Source: an uncultured Planctomycetia bacterium (lineage in GTDB: Bacteria; Omnitrophota; Gorgyraeia; 2-02-FULL-51-18; JAGOUK01). From it: a stretch of 64,000 nucleotides of DNA. Within the stretch, counting starts at the first letter, position 1. Each line of letters opens with the position of its first letter. The position numbers were made by a program, and so were the translations under genes. Where the stretch lies: the NCBI GenBank assembly GCA_964430735.1, contig CAYSFB010000004.1, positions 104,040 to 168,039 on the forward strand, written 5' to 3'. Under the pieces are notes generated by a model. It searched no databases, was not told the DNA's origin, and was given only the letters and a program-made list of their open reading frames with translations. Positions 55,147 through 64,000 of the stretch are shown here, piece by piece.

Positions 55147-58100
55147 ATGACACTTTCTGACATTTCGATCAAAAATCCCGTGTTCGCCTGGATGCTCATG
55201 GCGGCGCTCATCCTCTTCGGATGGATCTCGTACAAGGAGCTGGGCGTTTCTGAAATGCCGGACGTGGACTTTCCGGTCATCGCGGTCAGTCTCAAGTGGG
55301 AGGGCGCCGCGCCGGAAGTCATGGAATCGGACGTCGTCGACGTCGTCGAAGATGCGATCATGAGCGTGCAGGGCGTCCGCGAGATCTCGTCCACGACCCG
55401 CCAGGGCACGGCGGACGTCTCCATCGAATTCGAACTTACGCGCGACATCGACGTCGCGCTCCAGGAAGTCCAGTCCAAGATCGCCCAGGCGCAGCTGCGC
55501 CTTCCGGTCGACATGGACCCGGCCATCATCGCCAAGTTCAATCCGACGGACCAGCCCATCATCTGGCTGGGCCTCGCCGGTTCGCGGCCGAAGCGCGACC
55601 TGATGGGCTACGTGCAGGACGTGCTCAAGGATCGGTTCCAGACCATCGACGGCGTTGGCGACATCATGCTCGGCGGGTACGTCGAGCGGAACCTCCGCGT
55701 CTGGGTGTCGATGGGCAAACTGGCTGAGTACCAGCTCACCGTCAACGACGTGATGGATGCGGTGCGCTCCGGCCATTCCGAAATGCCCGCCGGCCGCATC
55801 GAGACGCCGGAAAAAGAAATGAACATCCGCGCGATGGGCGAGGCGATGACGGTCGAAGACTTCGGCAACATCGTGGTGAGCCGCCGCGGAGGACTCCCGG
55901 TTTACAAGCCCATCTACCTCAAGGAAGTGGCGACGATCGAGGACGGCCTCGCGGACCAGCGCACCTTCTCGCGCGTTCAGGGCGAAACGGCCGTCGGTAT
56001 CGGTATCCGCAAACAGCGCGGCAAGAACGCCGTCGCCGTCGCCGAAGAGGTCAAGAAGCGCCTTGCCGAAGTCCAAAAAGAACTCCCCGAAGGCATGTCG
56101 CTCGGCATCAACTTCGATTCCACTCATTTCGCGCAGGAAGCGATCGACGAACTGATCTTCACGCTCATCCTGTCCGCGCTGCTCACGGCGGTTGTCTGCT
56201 GGATTTTCCTCGGCTCCTGGAGCTCCACCCTCAACGTCCTGCTTGCGATCCCGACGTCGATCCTCGGCACCTTCCTCGTCTTCAAATTCTTCAACTTCAC
56301 GCTGAATACCTTCACCGTGCTCGGTCTGTCGCTGGCCATCGGTATCGTCGTCGACGACGCCATCATGGTGCTCGAAAACATCGTGCGCCACCGCGAAATG
56401 GGCCATAAGCAGGTCGCGGCCGCGCAGATCGGTGCGCGCCAGATTACGTTCGCGGCCATGGCCACGACGCTCGCCCTCATGGCCATCTTCCTGCCGGTCG
56501 CATTCATGAAGGGGATCATCGGCAAATTCTTTTTCCAGTTCGCCGTCGCGATTTCGGCCGCGGTGGGCCTGTCGCTGCTCGAAGCGCTCACACTCACGCC
56601 CATGCGCGCGTCGCAATTCCTCAAAGTCGGCGAACGTGCGACCGCCTTCGGCCGTGGCGTGGAAAAAGCTTTTCACAAACTCTCCGAGGGATATCAGCGC
56701 TGGCTGGTCGCGGCGCTCGACCGCAAGTGGATCGTGGTCGGCGTCTCGGTTCTGATCTTCGTCGTTTCGCTGATGCTGTTCGGCAAGCTCCGCAAGGAGA
56801 TGGTGCCGGCTCAGGATCAGAGCATGTTCCTCGCACGCATCACGACGCCGGTCGGCTCGTCGCTGGAGTACACCGACAGCAAATTCAAGATCGCCGAAGA
56901 GATCGTGATGAAGACCCCCGAAGTGAACCGTTATTACGCGGCGGTCGGCGGTTTTTCCGGCGGCGAAACGAACGCCGGCATGCTGTTTGTGACGCTCAAG
57001 CCCAAGAACGAGCGCCCGGTCCGCGAAGGGAAGAGCCGGCCGCTTTCGCAGCAGGAGCTGATCGACGTGTTCCGCGTCGAGCTCAACAAGATTCCGGACG
57101 CCAAGGCCTTCATCCAGGACCTTTCGACGCGCGGATTCACCGCACAGCGCGGATTCCCGATCGAATTCAGCGTCCACGGCCGCAACTGGGAGCAGCTCGG
57201 GCAGGCCGCTACGGACTTGATCAAGAAAATGGAAGCCACCGGCCTCATGGTCGACGTCGACACGGATTATCAGCTCGGCGTGACCGAAGTGCGCGTCATG
57301 CCGGACCGGCAGAAGGCGCTCGAGCGCGGGGTGGAGATGAGCACGATCGGCGAGGCGATCAACGCGCTGTTCGGCGGCGCCCGCGTCGGCAAGTATTCGC
57401 GCGACGGCCGCCGTTATGACGTGCGCGTCCGCCTGCGCCCGGAAGACCGCGTGTCCCCGGACGACATCAAGAAGGTCTATGTTTGGAACAACCGCGGCGA
57501 GCTGGTCAAGCTCACCGACGTCGCGTCGATCGAACTCAAGCCCTCGCTGCTCTCGATCACGCGCAAAGGCCGCGAGCGCGCGATCGGCATCTTCGGCAAC
57601 GTGGCGCCCGGCAAATCCCAGGCCGACGCGCTGGCCGCGGTCGAGAAGCTCGGCAAGGAGATGCCCGAGGGGACGCGCATTGTGTTTTCCGGAAGCGCGA
57701 CCGTGTTCAAGGAATCGTTCCAGAGTCTTTTCTTCGCGCTGGGCCTCGGCATCATCGTCGCGTACATGATCCTGGCGTCTCAGTTCAACAGCTATGTGCA
57801 TCCGTTCACGGTGCTCATGGCGCTGCCGTTCTCGATCACCGGGGCGCTCGTGGCGCTGTTCATCATGAACCAGTCGCTCAACCTGTACAGCATGATCGGC
57901 ATCATCCTGCTCACCGGTATCGTCAAAAAGAACTCGATTCTGCTCGTGGACTTCACGAACCAGAACCGCCGCGAGGGGAAGAGCACCCGCGACGCGCTGC
58001 TCACCGCGTGTCCCGCGCGTCTGCGCCCGATCCTCATGACGTCGATCGCCACGATCGCGGCGGCGGTGCCTCCGGCGCTCGCGATGGGCCCCGGCGCCGA

Positions 58101-58239
58101 GACGCGCGTACCGATGGCGGTCGGCGTGATCGGCGGCGTGCTCGTTTCGACGGTCCTGACGCTCTTCGTCGTGCCCTGTGTCTACCAGATCCTGTCGGGG
58201 CTCGAACGCGCAAAGTATTCCGCTTCCGCCTCCGAGTGA
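55147..58239 (+). CDS. RND efflux transporter permease (AcrB/HAE1 family)
   Basis: The N-terminus is MTLSDISIKNPVFAWMLMAALILFGWISY. There are 12 TM segments and two large periplasmic loops; the length is 1030 aa. Confidence 0.9.
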   Translation: MTLSDISIKNPVFAWMLMAALILFGWISYKELGVSEMPDVDFPVIAVSLKWEGAAPEVMESDVVDVVEDAIMSVQGVREISSTTRQGTADVSIEFELTRDIDVALQEVQSKIAQAQLRLPVDMDPAIIAKFNPTDQPIIWLGLAGSRPKRDLMGYVQDVLKDRFQTIDGVGDIMLGGYVERNLRVWVSMGKLAEYQLTVNDVMDAVRSGHSEMPAGRIETPEKEMNIRAMGEAMTVEDFGNIVVSRRGGLPVYKPIYLKEVATIEDGLADQRTFSRVQGETAVGIGIRKQRGKNAVAVAEEVKKRLAEVQKELPEGMSLGINFDSTHFAQEAIDELIFTLILSALLTAVVCWIFLGSWSSTLNVLLAIPTSILGTFLVFKFFNFTLNTFTVLGLSLAIGIVVDDAIMVLENIVRHREMGHKQVAAAQIGARQITFAAMATTLALMAIFLPVAFMKGIIGKFFFQFAVAISAAVGLSLLEALTLTPMRASQFLKVGERATAFGRGVEKAFHKLSEGYQRWLVAALDRKWIVVGVSVLIFVVSLMLFGKLRKEMVPAQDQSMFLARITTPVGSSLEYTDSKFKIAEEIVMKTPEVNRYYAAVGGFSGGETNAGMLFVTLKPKNERPVREGKSRPLSQQELIDVFRVELNKIPDAKAFIQDLSTRGFTAQRGFPIEFSVHGRNWEQLGQAATDLIKKMEATGLMVDVDTDYQLGVTEVRVMPDRQKALERGVEMSTIGEAINALFGGARVGKYSRDGRRYDVRVRLRPEDRVSPDDIKKVYVWNNRGELVKLTDVASIELKPSLLSITRKGRERAIGIFGNVAPGKSQADALAAVEKLGKEMPEGTRIVFSGSATVFKESFQSLFFALGLGIIVAYMILASQFNSYVHPFTVLMALPFSITGALVALFIMNQSLNLYSMIGIILLTGIVKKNSILLVDFTNQNRREGKSTRDALLTACPARLRPILMTSIATIAAAVPPALAMGPGAETRVPMAVGVIGGVLVSTVLTLFVVPCVYQILSGLERAKYSASASE

Positions 58240-58252
58240 CTATAATGTCGGG

Positions 58253-59638
58253 GTGCAGCACCTCGAACCGCTCGCCCATCTGATTCCCGAGATTAAGGAA
58301 CTCCTCGCCGCGCATGATTTTGCGACGGTGAAGGAGCTCCTGGTCGACCTGCGTCCCGAGGACCTGGCCGAGAGCTGGTCGCGCCTGTCCGAGCACGAAA
58401 AAGTCGAGATGTTCCAGCTGCTCGATCCCAAGTCCGCGCTCGTTCTCTTCGAAAGTCTCGACAACCCCGATCAGGCCTTTTTGCTCAAATCGCTCGAGGA
58501 CGACAGCATCACGCGCATCCTCGAAGGCGTCCCCGTTTCAGACATCGCCAACATCTTCCATACGCTTCCCAAAAAGATCAAAAGCCGGATGATGACGCTG
58601 ACGCGCCACACCGACGCCGTCCGCCGCATCGAAAAGGCGCTCGAATACAAACCGAACACCGCCGGCGCGCTGATGCACCCCGAATACGTGGCGATCAATC
58701 CCAAAATGAGCGCCCGCAACGCGCTGTGGCTGGTCCAGTCGATCACGCATGTCCGTGAGAAGCACCTGCTGCGTTCGCTCTACGTGATCAATTCCAAGGG
58801 CAAGCTCATCGGCGGCATCACGCTCGAAGACCTCATCTCGGCGGCGCCGGACATTCTCGTCCAGGACCTCATGTCCTCGATCATTCCCTACAAGCTCACG
58901 CCCGACATGGACCAGGAGCACGTTTCGGAGCTTTTTACCCGCTACAACGTCCTGGCCGCGCCCGTCGTGGACGAGCAGGACCAGATCCTCGGCGTCGTGA
59001 TGATCGACGATATCATCAAGGTCGTTCAGGCCGAGGCCGCCGAGGACATGGCCAAGATGGCCGGTACGCGCGCGGACGAATTCCGCGAACGGTCGATTTT
59101 CCGCATCGCATGGATCCGCGCTCCGTGGCTTCTGGCGACGCTGGCCACGCAGCTGGTGGTGTCGCTCGTGATGCGCCACTTCCAATTCGTGCTCCAGGAG
59201 GTGATCGCGCTGGCGACCTTTTTACCGCTCGTCGCGGCCATGGGCGGCAACGTCGGCTCCCAATCGGCGATGATCAGCGTGCGCGGGCTGGCGACCGGCC
59301 GTTTCCGCGGCAAGGGCAAGCTCCTATCCGTGTTTCATGAGGCGGCGACGGGCTGTGTATTGGGCCTTGGTTACGGCGTGCTGGTCGGCGCCATCGCGTT
59401 CGTGATGTACGGCGAGATGTACGGTATAAATTTTGTATTCGTCGTGGGGTTCGCGGTGTTCGTGGCGATGCTGTGGGCGTCGATCGTGGGAGCGGCGGGC
59501 CCGCTCGTGTTCGAAAAGTTCGGCGCCGACCCCGCCACCGCGATGGGCCCCATGGTCACGACCACGACCGACCTTTTCAGCATCACGGCGTATTTTTTGC
59601 TGGCGATCGCGCTCTTGATGCACACCGCTCCCCACTAA
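58253..59638 (+). CDS. mgtE: Magnesium transporter MgtE
   Basis: A MgtE_N domain, a CBS pair (VLAAPVVDEQDQILGVVMIDDI) and a 5-TM MgtE channel domain are present. A GTG start just after the RND stop is chosen; the start is uncertain. Confidence 0.8.
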   Translation: MQHLEPLAHLIPEIKELLAAHDFATVKELLVDLRPEDLAESWSRLSEHEKVEMFQLLDPKSALVLFESLDNPDQAFLLKSLEDDSITRILEGVPVSDIANIFHTLPKKIKSRMMTLTRHTDAVRRIEKALEYKPNTAGALMHPEYVAINPKMSARNALWLVQSITHVREKHLLRSLYVINSKGKLIGGITLEDLISAAPDILVQDLMSSIIPYKLTPDMDQEHVSELFTRYNVLAAPVVDEQDQILGVVMIDDIIKVVQAEAAEDMAKMAGTRADEFRERSIFRIAWIRAPWLLATLATQLVVSLVMRHFQFVLQEVIALATFLPLVAAMGGNVGSQSAMISVRGLATGRFRGKGKLLSVFHEAATGCVLGLGYGVLVGAIAFVMYGEMYGINFVFVVGFAVFVAMLWASIVGAAGPLVFEKFGADPATAMGPMVTTTTDLFSITAYFLLAIALLMHTAPH

Positions 59639-59671
59639 ACCGGCCTCCGCATCATCCCGACAGGAAACGAC

Positions 59672-62176
59672 ATGAATTCAGCCCAGAACCCGAACGCCTC
59701 TTCATCCGCAACCGACGCGCTGTTTCCGTTCGCCGCGTTCGAGCCCAAGTGGCAGAAACGCTGGCTCGACGAAAAGCCCTTCAAGACCGCGAATCCGGCC
59801 GCCGGCGCCAAGTCCGGGGCGGCCGACAAAGCCAAAAAGTACTACATCCTCGACATGTTTCCGTACCCGTCCGGCGCCGGCCTGCACGTGGGACACCCGG
59901 AAGGGTATACGGCGACCGATATCCTCGCGCGGTACAAGCGGATGCGCGGCTACAGCGTCCTGCACCCGATGGGCTGGGACGCGTTCGGTCTGCCGGCTGA
60001 GCAGTACGCCATCCAGACCGGCACACATCCCAAGATCACGACCCAGAACAACATCAACCGTTTCCGCGAGCAGATCCAGCAACTGGGATTCAGCTACGAT
60101 TGGGACCGCGAAGTGGATACGACGGATCCGGCCTACGTGCGCTGGACGCAGTGGATCTTCCTCCAGCTGTTCAAAAAGGGCCTGGCGTACGAGAGTTCCG
60201 CTCCCGTCTGGTGGTGCGAAGCGCTCGGCGCGGTGCTGGCGAACGAAGAGGTGGTCGACGGCAAGAGTGAGCGGGGGAATCATCCCGTCGAGCGGCGGCC
60301 CCTGCGCCAATGGATGCTCAAGATCACGGCCTACGCCGACCGGCTGCTCGAAGATCTCGAGTCGGTCGACTGGTCGCCCGCGATCAAGGACATGCAGCGC
60401 AATTGGATCGGCAAGTCCGTAGGCGCGGAAGTCGACTTCGCGGTGTTCGGCGGCGGAGCGGCAGGGCAGAAGCTGCGCGTGTTCACGACGCGGCCCGACA
60501 CGCTGTTCGGCGCGACGTACATGGTGCTGGCGCCCGAGCACGCGCTGGTGGACGGCGTGACGACCGCCGAGCAGAAGGCGGCGGTGGACGCCTATTGTGA
60601 CCAGGCGTCGAAAAAAAGCGAACTCGAGCGCACCGATCTGGCCAAGGACAAATCCGGCGTCTTCACCGGCGGATATGCGACGAACCCGGTGAACGGCGCG
60701 AAGATCCCGATCTGGATCGCCGATTACGTGATGGCCAGCTACGGGACGGGCGCCATCATGGCGGTCCCGGCGCATGACGAACGTGACTTCGAGTTTGCGC
60801 AAAAGTTCTCCATCCCCGTGATCCGAGTGGTCGCCGATCCTTCCGGAAAGACGGCGGACGGCGCGGTCTTTTCGGGCGAGGGAACGGCGGTGAACAGCGG
60901 CTTTTTGGACGGCCTGGCGACGAAGCAGGCGAAGGACAAAATCATCGGCTGGCTCGAGGAAAAGAAGCTCGGCACGCGCGCCGTGAACTACAAGCTCCGC
61001 GACTGGCTCTTTTCGCGCCAGCGCTACTGGGGCGAGCCGATTCCGCTGGTGCATTGCGCCGCCTGCGGTATCGTCCCGCTGCCCGAAAACCAGCTCCCGC
61101 TGCTTCTGCCCGACATGAAGGACTTCAAGCCCGCCGGGACGGCCGAGCCGCCGCTGGCCAAGGCGGCCGACTGGGTGAACACGAAATGTCCGGCGTGTTC
61201 CGGTCCCGCCAAGCGCGAAACGAACACGATGCCGCAATGGGCCGGCTCCTGCTGGTACTACCTGCGTTACATCGATCCCAAGAATTCCGAGCAATTCGTC
61301 GCGCCGGAACTCGAAAAGTTCTGGATGAACGTTGACCTCTATGTCGGCGGCGCGGAACACGCGGTGCTGCATCTTTTGTATTCGCGTTTCTGGCACAAGG
61401 TACTGTATGACTTGGGGCATGTTTCGACCAAGGAACCGTTCCAGCGGCTGGTGAACCAGGGGATGATTCTCGGCGAAGACGGCCAGAAGATGTCCAAGTC
61501 GCGCGGCAACGTGGTCAACCCCGACGACGTGATCCAGGTGAACGGCGCCGACAGCATGCGCCTCTTCGAGATGTTCATGGGTCCGCTCGAGCAGTCCAAG
61601 GCCTGGTCGACGACCGGCGTTCAGGGTGTGTACCGCTTTTTGGGACGGGTCTGGCGCCTTTATATCGGGGAAGACGGCGCGGTCCGGCCGGACCTCAAGG
61701 CCGTTCCGATGAACGACAAGCAGAAGAAGCTCGTCCACCAGCTCATCCAGAAGGTGACGCAGGACCTGGACCGCATGCAATTCAACACCGCGATCAGCGC
61801 GTTCATGGTTTTTTCAAACGAAATCGCCAAGGAAGAGACCAAGTCGCGCGAAGCGATGGAGATTTTTCTCAAGCTTTTCTCGCCGTTCGCGCCGCACATG
61901 GCCGAAGAGCTGTGGGAAAAGCTCGGCCACAAGACGCTCGTGTGCAAAGAAACCTGGCCCGACTTCGACCCGGCCCAGCTCGTCGAGAGCACGGTCGAAA
62001 TCCCGGTGCAGGTGAACGGCCGGCTCAAGTGCCGGCTCAACGTCCCGGCCGGCATCGCCGAAGCGGACCTGAAGGTTCAGGCCCTGGCCGACCCGGCCGT
62101 GGTCCAGGCGCTCGAGGGCAAAACCCCGACCCGCGTCGTCGTCGTCCCCAAGCGGCTGGTCAACATCGTCGTCTAG
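59672..62176 (+). CDS. leuS: Leucyl-tRNA synthetase
   Basis: The HIGH motif is [16 protein letters not shown] and the KMSKS motif is QKMSKSRGN. The CP1 editing domain is present; the length is 834 aa. Confidence 0.95.
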   Translation: MNSAQNPNASSSATDALFPFAAFEPKWQKRWLDEKPFKTANPAAGAKSGAADKAKKYYILDMFPYPSGAGLHVGHPEGYTATDILARYKRMRGYSVLHPMGWDAFGLPAEQYAIQTGTHPKITTQNNINRFREQIQQLGFSYDWDREVDTTDPAYVRWTQWIFLQLFKKGLAYESSAPVWWCEALGAVLANEEVVDGKSERGNHPVERRPLRQWMLKITAYADRLLEDLESVDWSPAIKDMQRNWIGKSVGAEVDFAVFGGGAAGQKLRVFTTRPDTLFGATYMVLAPEHALVDGVTTAEQKAAVDAYCDQASKKSELERTDLAKDKSGVFTGGYATNPVNGAKIPIWIADYVMASYGTGAIMAVPAHDERDFEFAQKFSIPVIRVVADPSGKTADGAVFSGEGTAVNSGFLDGLATKQAKDKIIGWLEEKKLGTRAVNYKLRDWLFSRQRYWGEPIPLVHCAACGIVPLPENQLPLLLPDMKDFKPAGTAEPPLAKAADWVNTKCPACSGPAKRETNTMPQWAGSCWYYLRYIDPKNSEQFVAPELEKFWMNVDLYVGGAEHAVLHLLYSRFWHKVLYDLGHVSTKEPFQRLVNQGMILGEDGQKMSKSRGNVVNPDDVIQVNGADSMRLFEMFMGPLEQSKAWSTTGVQGVYRFLGRVWRLYIGEDGAVRPDLKAVPMNDKQKKLVHQLIQKVTQDLDRMQFNTAISAFMVFSNEIAKEETKSREAMEIFLKLFSPFAPHMAEELWEKLGHKTLVCKETWPDFDPAQLVESTVEIPVQVNGRLKCRLNVPAGIAEADLKVQALADPAVVQALEGKTPTRVVVVPKRLVNIVV

Positions 62177-62192
62177 CGCGTTTTTGGGGCTA

Positions 62193-62342
62193 TGGTAGAA
62201 TTGAACAAAATTGAAAAACGGGTGATCGTGCTGGTGCTCGCGGCGCTGTTGGCCGTCGTGTTCGTGCGTTGGCGGCAAGCCGAATCGTCCCGGGTCGAAC
62301 TCAAGGTTGTTTCGGAGGATTCCGTCAGTGTACAACGGTAAG
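62193..62342 (+). CDS. Candidate 49-aa single-pass membrane micro-protein (not in ORF track)
   Basis: The ORF reads atg gta gaa ttg aac ... caa cgg taa. The product is MVELNKIEKRVIVLVLAALLAVVFVRWRQAESSRVELKVVSEDSVSVQR, with a strongly hydrophobic helix. The end coordinate is approximate. Confidence 0.3.
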
Positions 62343-62927
62343 CGCGTCATCGTCCTCGACTTGGAAACGCAAAAAAGCTTCGCCGAAATCGATCGGTCCA
62401 AGCTCCACCTGCTCAAGGTCTCGACCTGCGGCATTTACGACTCGTTCGACGAGCAATACCACGCCTACGAGGAGAACGAGCTCCACAAGGTCGAGCAGCG
62501 CCTCAAGCAGGCGGACCTCATCGTCGGCTTCAACATCATCGACTTCGACATGCGCGTGCTCGGGCCCTACCTCCTGTGCGATGTCCGGCCCTTCAAAGTC
62601 CTCGATCTGATGCAGGAAATCGCCAAAGTCCGCGGCCACCGCGTGAGCCTGCAGTCCGTCGCGCAGGCGACGCTGCACGACTCCAAGAGCGGCTCCGGCT
62701 TCGACGCGATCCAGCTGTTCAAGGACGGCCGGATGGACGACCTCAAGAAATACTGCCTCGACGACGTGCGCATCACCAAACAGGTCTTCGATTACGGCCT
62801 GAAGCACAAGCACATCCTCTTCTACTCCAATCGCGACTTCATGAACCACCAGGTCGAGCTCGACTGGAGCGGCTGGCTCGAAGCGCCCAAAGAGTCCGAG
62901 CAGGTTTTTCCGACGAGTTTGTTCTAA
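62307..62927 (+). CDS. RNase H-like fold 3-prime to 5-prime exonuclease-like protein (DEDD-type motifs)
   Basis: Acidic motifs are VIVLDLET (D,E), GFNIIDFDMRVL (D) and YCLDDVRITKQVFDY (D,Y). The real start may be the GTG near 62328 that follows a GGAGGA RBS. Confidence 0.45.
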   Translation: MFRRIPSVYNGKRVIVLDLETQKSFAEIDRSKLHLLKVSTCGIYDSFDEQYHAYEENELHKVEQRLKQADLIVGFNIIDFDMRVLGPYLLCDVRPFKVLDLMQEIAKVRGHRVSLQSVAQATLHDSKSGSGFDAIQLFKDGRMDDLKKYCLDDVRITKQVFDYGLKHKHILFYSNRDFMNHQVELDWSGWLEAPKESEQVFPTSLF

Positions 62928-63248
62928 ATGAGCGGCCAGTACATGAGGATTTGGCAGACCGTCGACATCGAAGCGGTCAAAAAGCATCTCCTCATCGTCG
63001 GCGAGCTCACGGGCGACTGCGCCTCCTGCCGCGAACTCGGCATTCCGTACGCGACGAGCAAAAATTGCCCCCAGTGCGGCACCGACTTCCACTTTGTCGC
63101 GGCGCGCTCAGCCGTCGGCTCCGCCAAAACCGCCGGCAGCGTCGTCAAGCGCATCAAAGACAAGCGCCCCGACCTGACCTTCATCGACCATGATGACTAC
63201 GTTGCACTGACCGGCAAACAATCCGCGAGAGACTTTTTTGGTGTTTGA
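62928..63248 (+). CDS. Hypothetical protein with CxxC...CxxC zinc-ribbon
   Basis: The cysteine pairs are CASCRELG...CPQCGTDF. Composition is coding-like. It is adjacent and co-directional with the exonuclease-like gene. Confidence 0.4.
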   Translation: MSGQYMRIWQTVDIEAVKKHLLIVGELTGDCASCRELGIPYATSKNCPQCGTDFHFVAARSAVGSAKTAGSVVKRIKDKRPDLTFIDHDDYVALTGKQSARDFFGV

Positions 63249-63254
63249 GCGTGC

Positions 63255-63390
63255 TTGGCAGGAGAGGACGTCTTCTGCGGACAGAGCCGCTCGCGCGCTG
63301 TCTTCGACTAGGCGCGTTCGCTCCTTGCTCCTCGTCGGCGGGGACGCCTCCTCGGAGCAAAAGTCCTACGAAGACGACCTCTCCTGCCAA
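63255..63390 (+). other. 21-bp near-perfect inverted repeat flanking a 94-nt GC-rich structured spacer, ending 3 nt before the downstream start codon
   Basis: ttggcaggagaggacgtcttc (63255-63275) pairs with gaagacgacctctcctgccaa (63370-63390) with 1 mismatch. Inner palindromes include cgctcgcgcgctg and ttgctcc...ggagcaa. Confidence 0.45.
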
Positions 63391-63392
63391 TC

Positions 63393-64000
63393 ATGATCAA
63401 GTTCCTCAAACTCACAGGACTTATTTTTATGCTAACTGTGATCACGAACGCAGCTTACGCAAAAGACAATTTGGTTGAGGTTCAGAAGCTTGATCCGACC
63501 ATCCAAAAAGAAATTAGATATGCGACGGCGGATAATTTTATGAAGGAAGTTTTGTACGAGGATGACCGGTGTTTCTTGCTGCCGGAAGCGGCGGAAATGC
63601 TGGTGAGGGCGCACAGGGAGTTGCAGAAGCAGGGGCTCGGGATCAAGGTGTATGACTGCTACAGGCCGCTGGCGGTTCAGAAGAAGATGTTCAAGCGGTT
63701 TCCGCAGCCGGGGTATGTCGCCGACCCGGCCAAGGGCTCCAATCATAACCGCGGGGCGGCGATCGACTGCACGATTGTCGACGCGCAGGGAAATGAGCTG
63801 AAGATGCCGTCCGAGTACGACGAATTCACCGAGCGGGCGCATCTGGTTTATGCGAACGCGCCGGCGGACCAGATTGCCAACCGCGAGCTCCTGCAAAAAA
63901 CGATGTTGGCCCAAGGATTCAAGTCGATCTCGATGGAGTGGTGGCATTTTGATCTTCCGGACGCCAAGTCGTATCCGGTCTTCGACATCCCGATCCAAGA
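63393..64000 (+). CDS. ddpX: D-alanyl-D-alanine dipeptidase (VanX/DdpX, peptidase M15D), C-terminus outside window
   Basis: There is a signal peptide, MIKFLKLTGLIFMLTVITNAAYA. The motifs YDCYRP, SNHNRGAAIDCTIVD and EWWHFD carry the zinc ligands and catalytic residues. The ORF is open to the window end and is not in the track because it has no stop in the window. Confidence 0.7.
   Translation, partial: MIKFLKLTGLIFMLTVITNAAYAKDNLVEVQKLDPTIQKEIRYATADNFMKEVLYEDDRCFLLPEAAEMLVRAHRELQKQGLGIKVYDCYRPLAVQKKMFKRFPQPGYVADPAKGSNHNRGAAIDCTIVDAQGNELKMPSEYDEFTERAHLVYANAPADQIANRELLQKTMLAQGFKSISMEWWHFDLPDAKSYPVFDIPIQ

Noticed and set aside
54895-57801. 968-aa minus-strand ORF antisense to the RND permease
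   Set aside because: The plus strand is a canonical AcrB-like 12-TM protein.
58241-58246. TATAAT hexamer between the RND stop and the mgtE start
   Set aside because: It is a perfect -10 sequence, but there is no -35 partner at 17 nt and it sits 7 nt before the presumed GTG start. It is probably coincidental.
59702-61780. 692-aa minus-strand ORF antisense to leuS
   Set aside because: leuS, with HIGH and KMSKS motifs, is on the plus strand.
61912-62214. 100-aa ORF overlapping the 3-prime end of leuS in another frame
   Set aside because: It is Arg/Pro/Gly-rich and lies entirely within the leuS coding region until the last 40 nt, so it is a frame artefact. The real downstream small ORF is in a different frame (62193-62342).

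Overview
This is a high-GC, tightly packed bacterial chromosomal segment. Many genes overlap by ATGA/GTGA/TTGA start-stop junctions. The lineage cannot be assigned from the sequence alone.

Recognisable housekeeping genes: uvrA, cvpA-dnaG-rpoD, rsmE, cutA, leuS, mgtE, and an addB-addA helicase-nuclease pair preceded by a ComFB-like gene. There are five tRNAs: Ala-CGC, Met-CAT and Val-CAC on the plus strand, and Leu-CAA and Ala-GGC on the minus strand. Other modules are a TPR/ExbB/ExbD/TonB-like group and a MarR-TolC-RND efflux group with no adjacent adaptor protein.

Two regions look like accessory, possibly novel systems.

1. A ~14 kb glycan-biosynthesis locus spans 14717-30408. It holds two CDP-paratose-2-epimerase-family paralogs, a GDP-fucose-synthase-like reductase, a TylC3/NovU-type sugar C-methyltransferase and two further methyltransferases. 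It also holds about six glycosyltransferases, a divergent SGNH hydrolase, a PAPS-type sulfotransferase and a dedicated APS kinase (cysC). Together these suggest a sulfated, C/O-methylated deoxy-sugar glycan. No Wzx/Wzy/ABC export genes are present in the window.

2. Two paralogous giant ORFs lie ~40 kb apart: A (1-5237, N-terminally truncated by the window edge) and B (44801-53209, 2802 aa). They share a TraB/Tiki-like domain with a GGYHT motif. B additionally carries a GH13-like glycosidase module, a Rossmann methyltransferase-like module and a divergent protein-kinase-like module behind a signal-anchor-like N-terminus. A contains a 510-bp direct repeat that is 100% identical at the nucleotide level.

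Other noteworthy items:
- A small secreted protein with a 3x12-aa tandem repeat has its own consensus promoter and terminator.
- A ~130-nt multi-stem hairpin lies between tRNA-Met and tRNA-Val.
- A 21-bp inverted repeat sits over the translation start region of a VanX-like dipeptidase.
- A candidate 49-aa membrane micro-ORF lies downstream of leuS.

Coordinates for tRNAs, promoters and hand-adjusted starts may be off by 1-2 nt.
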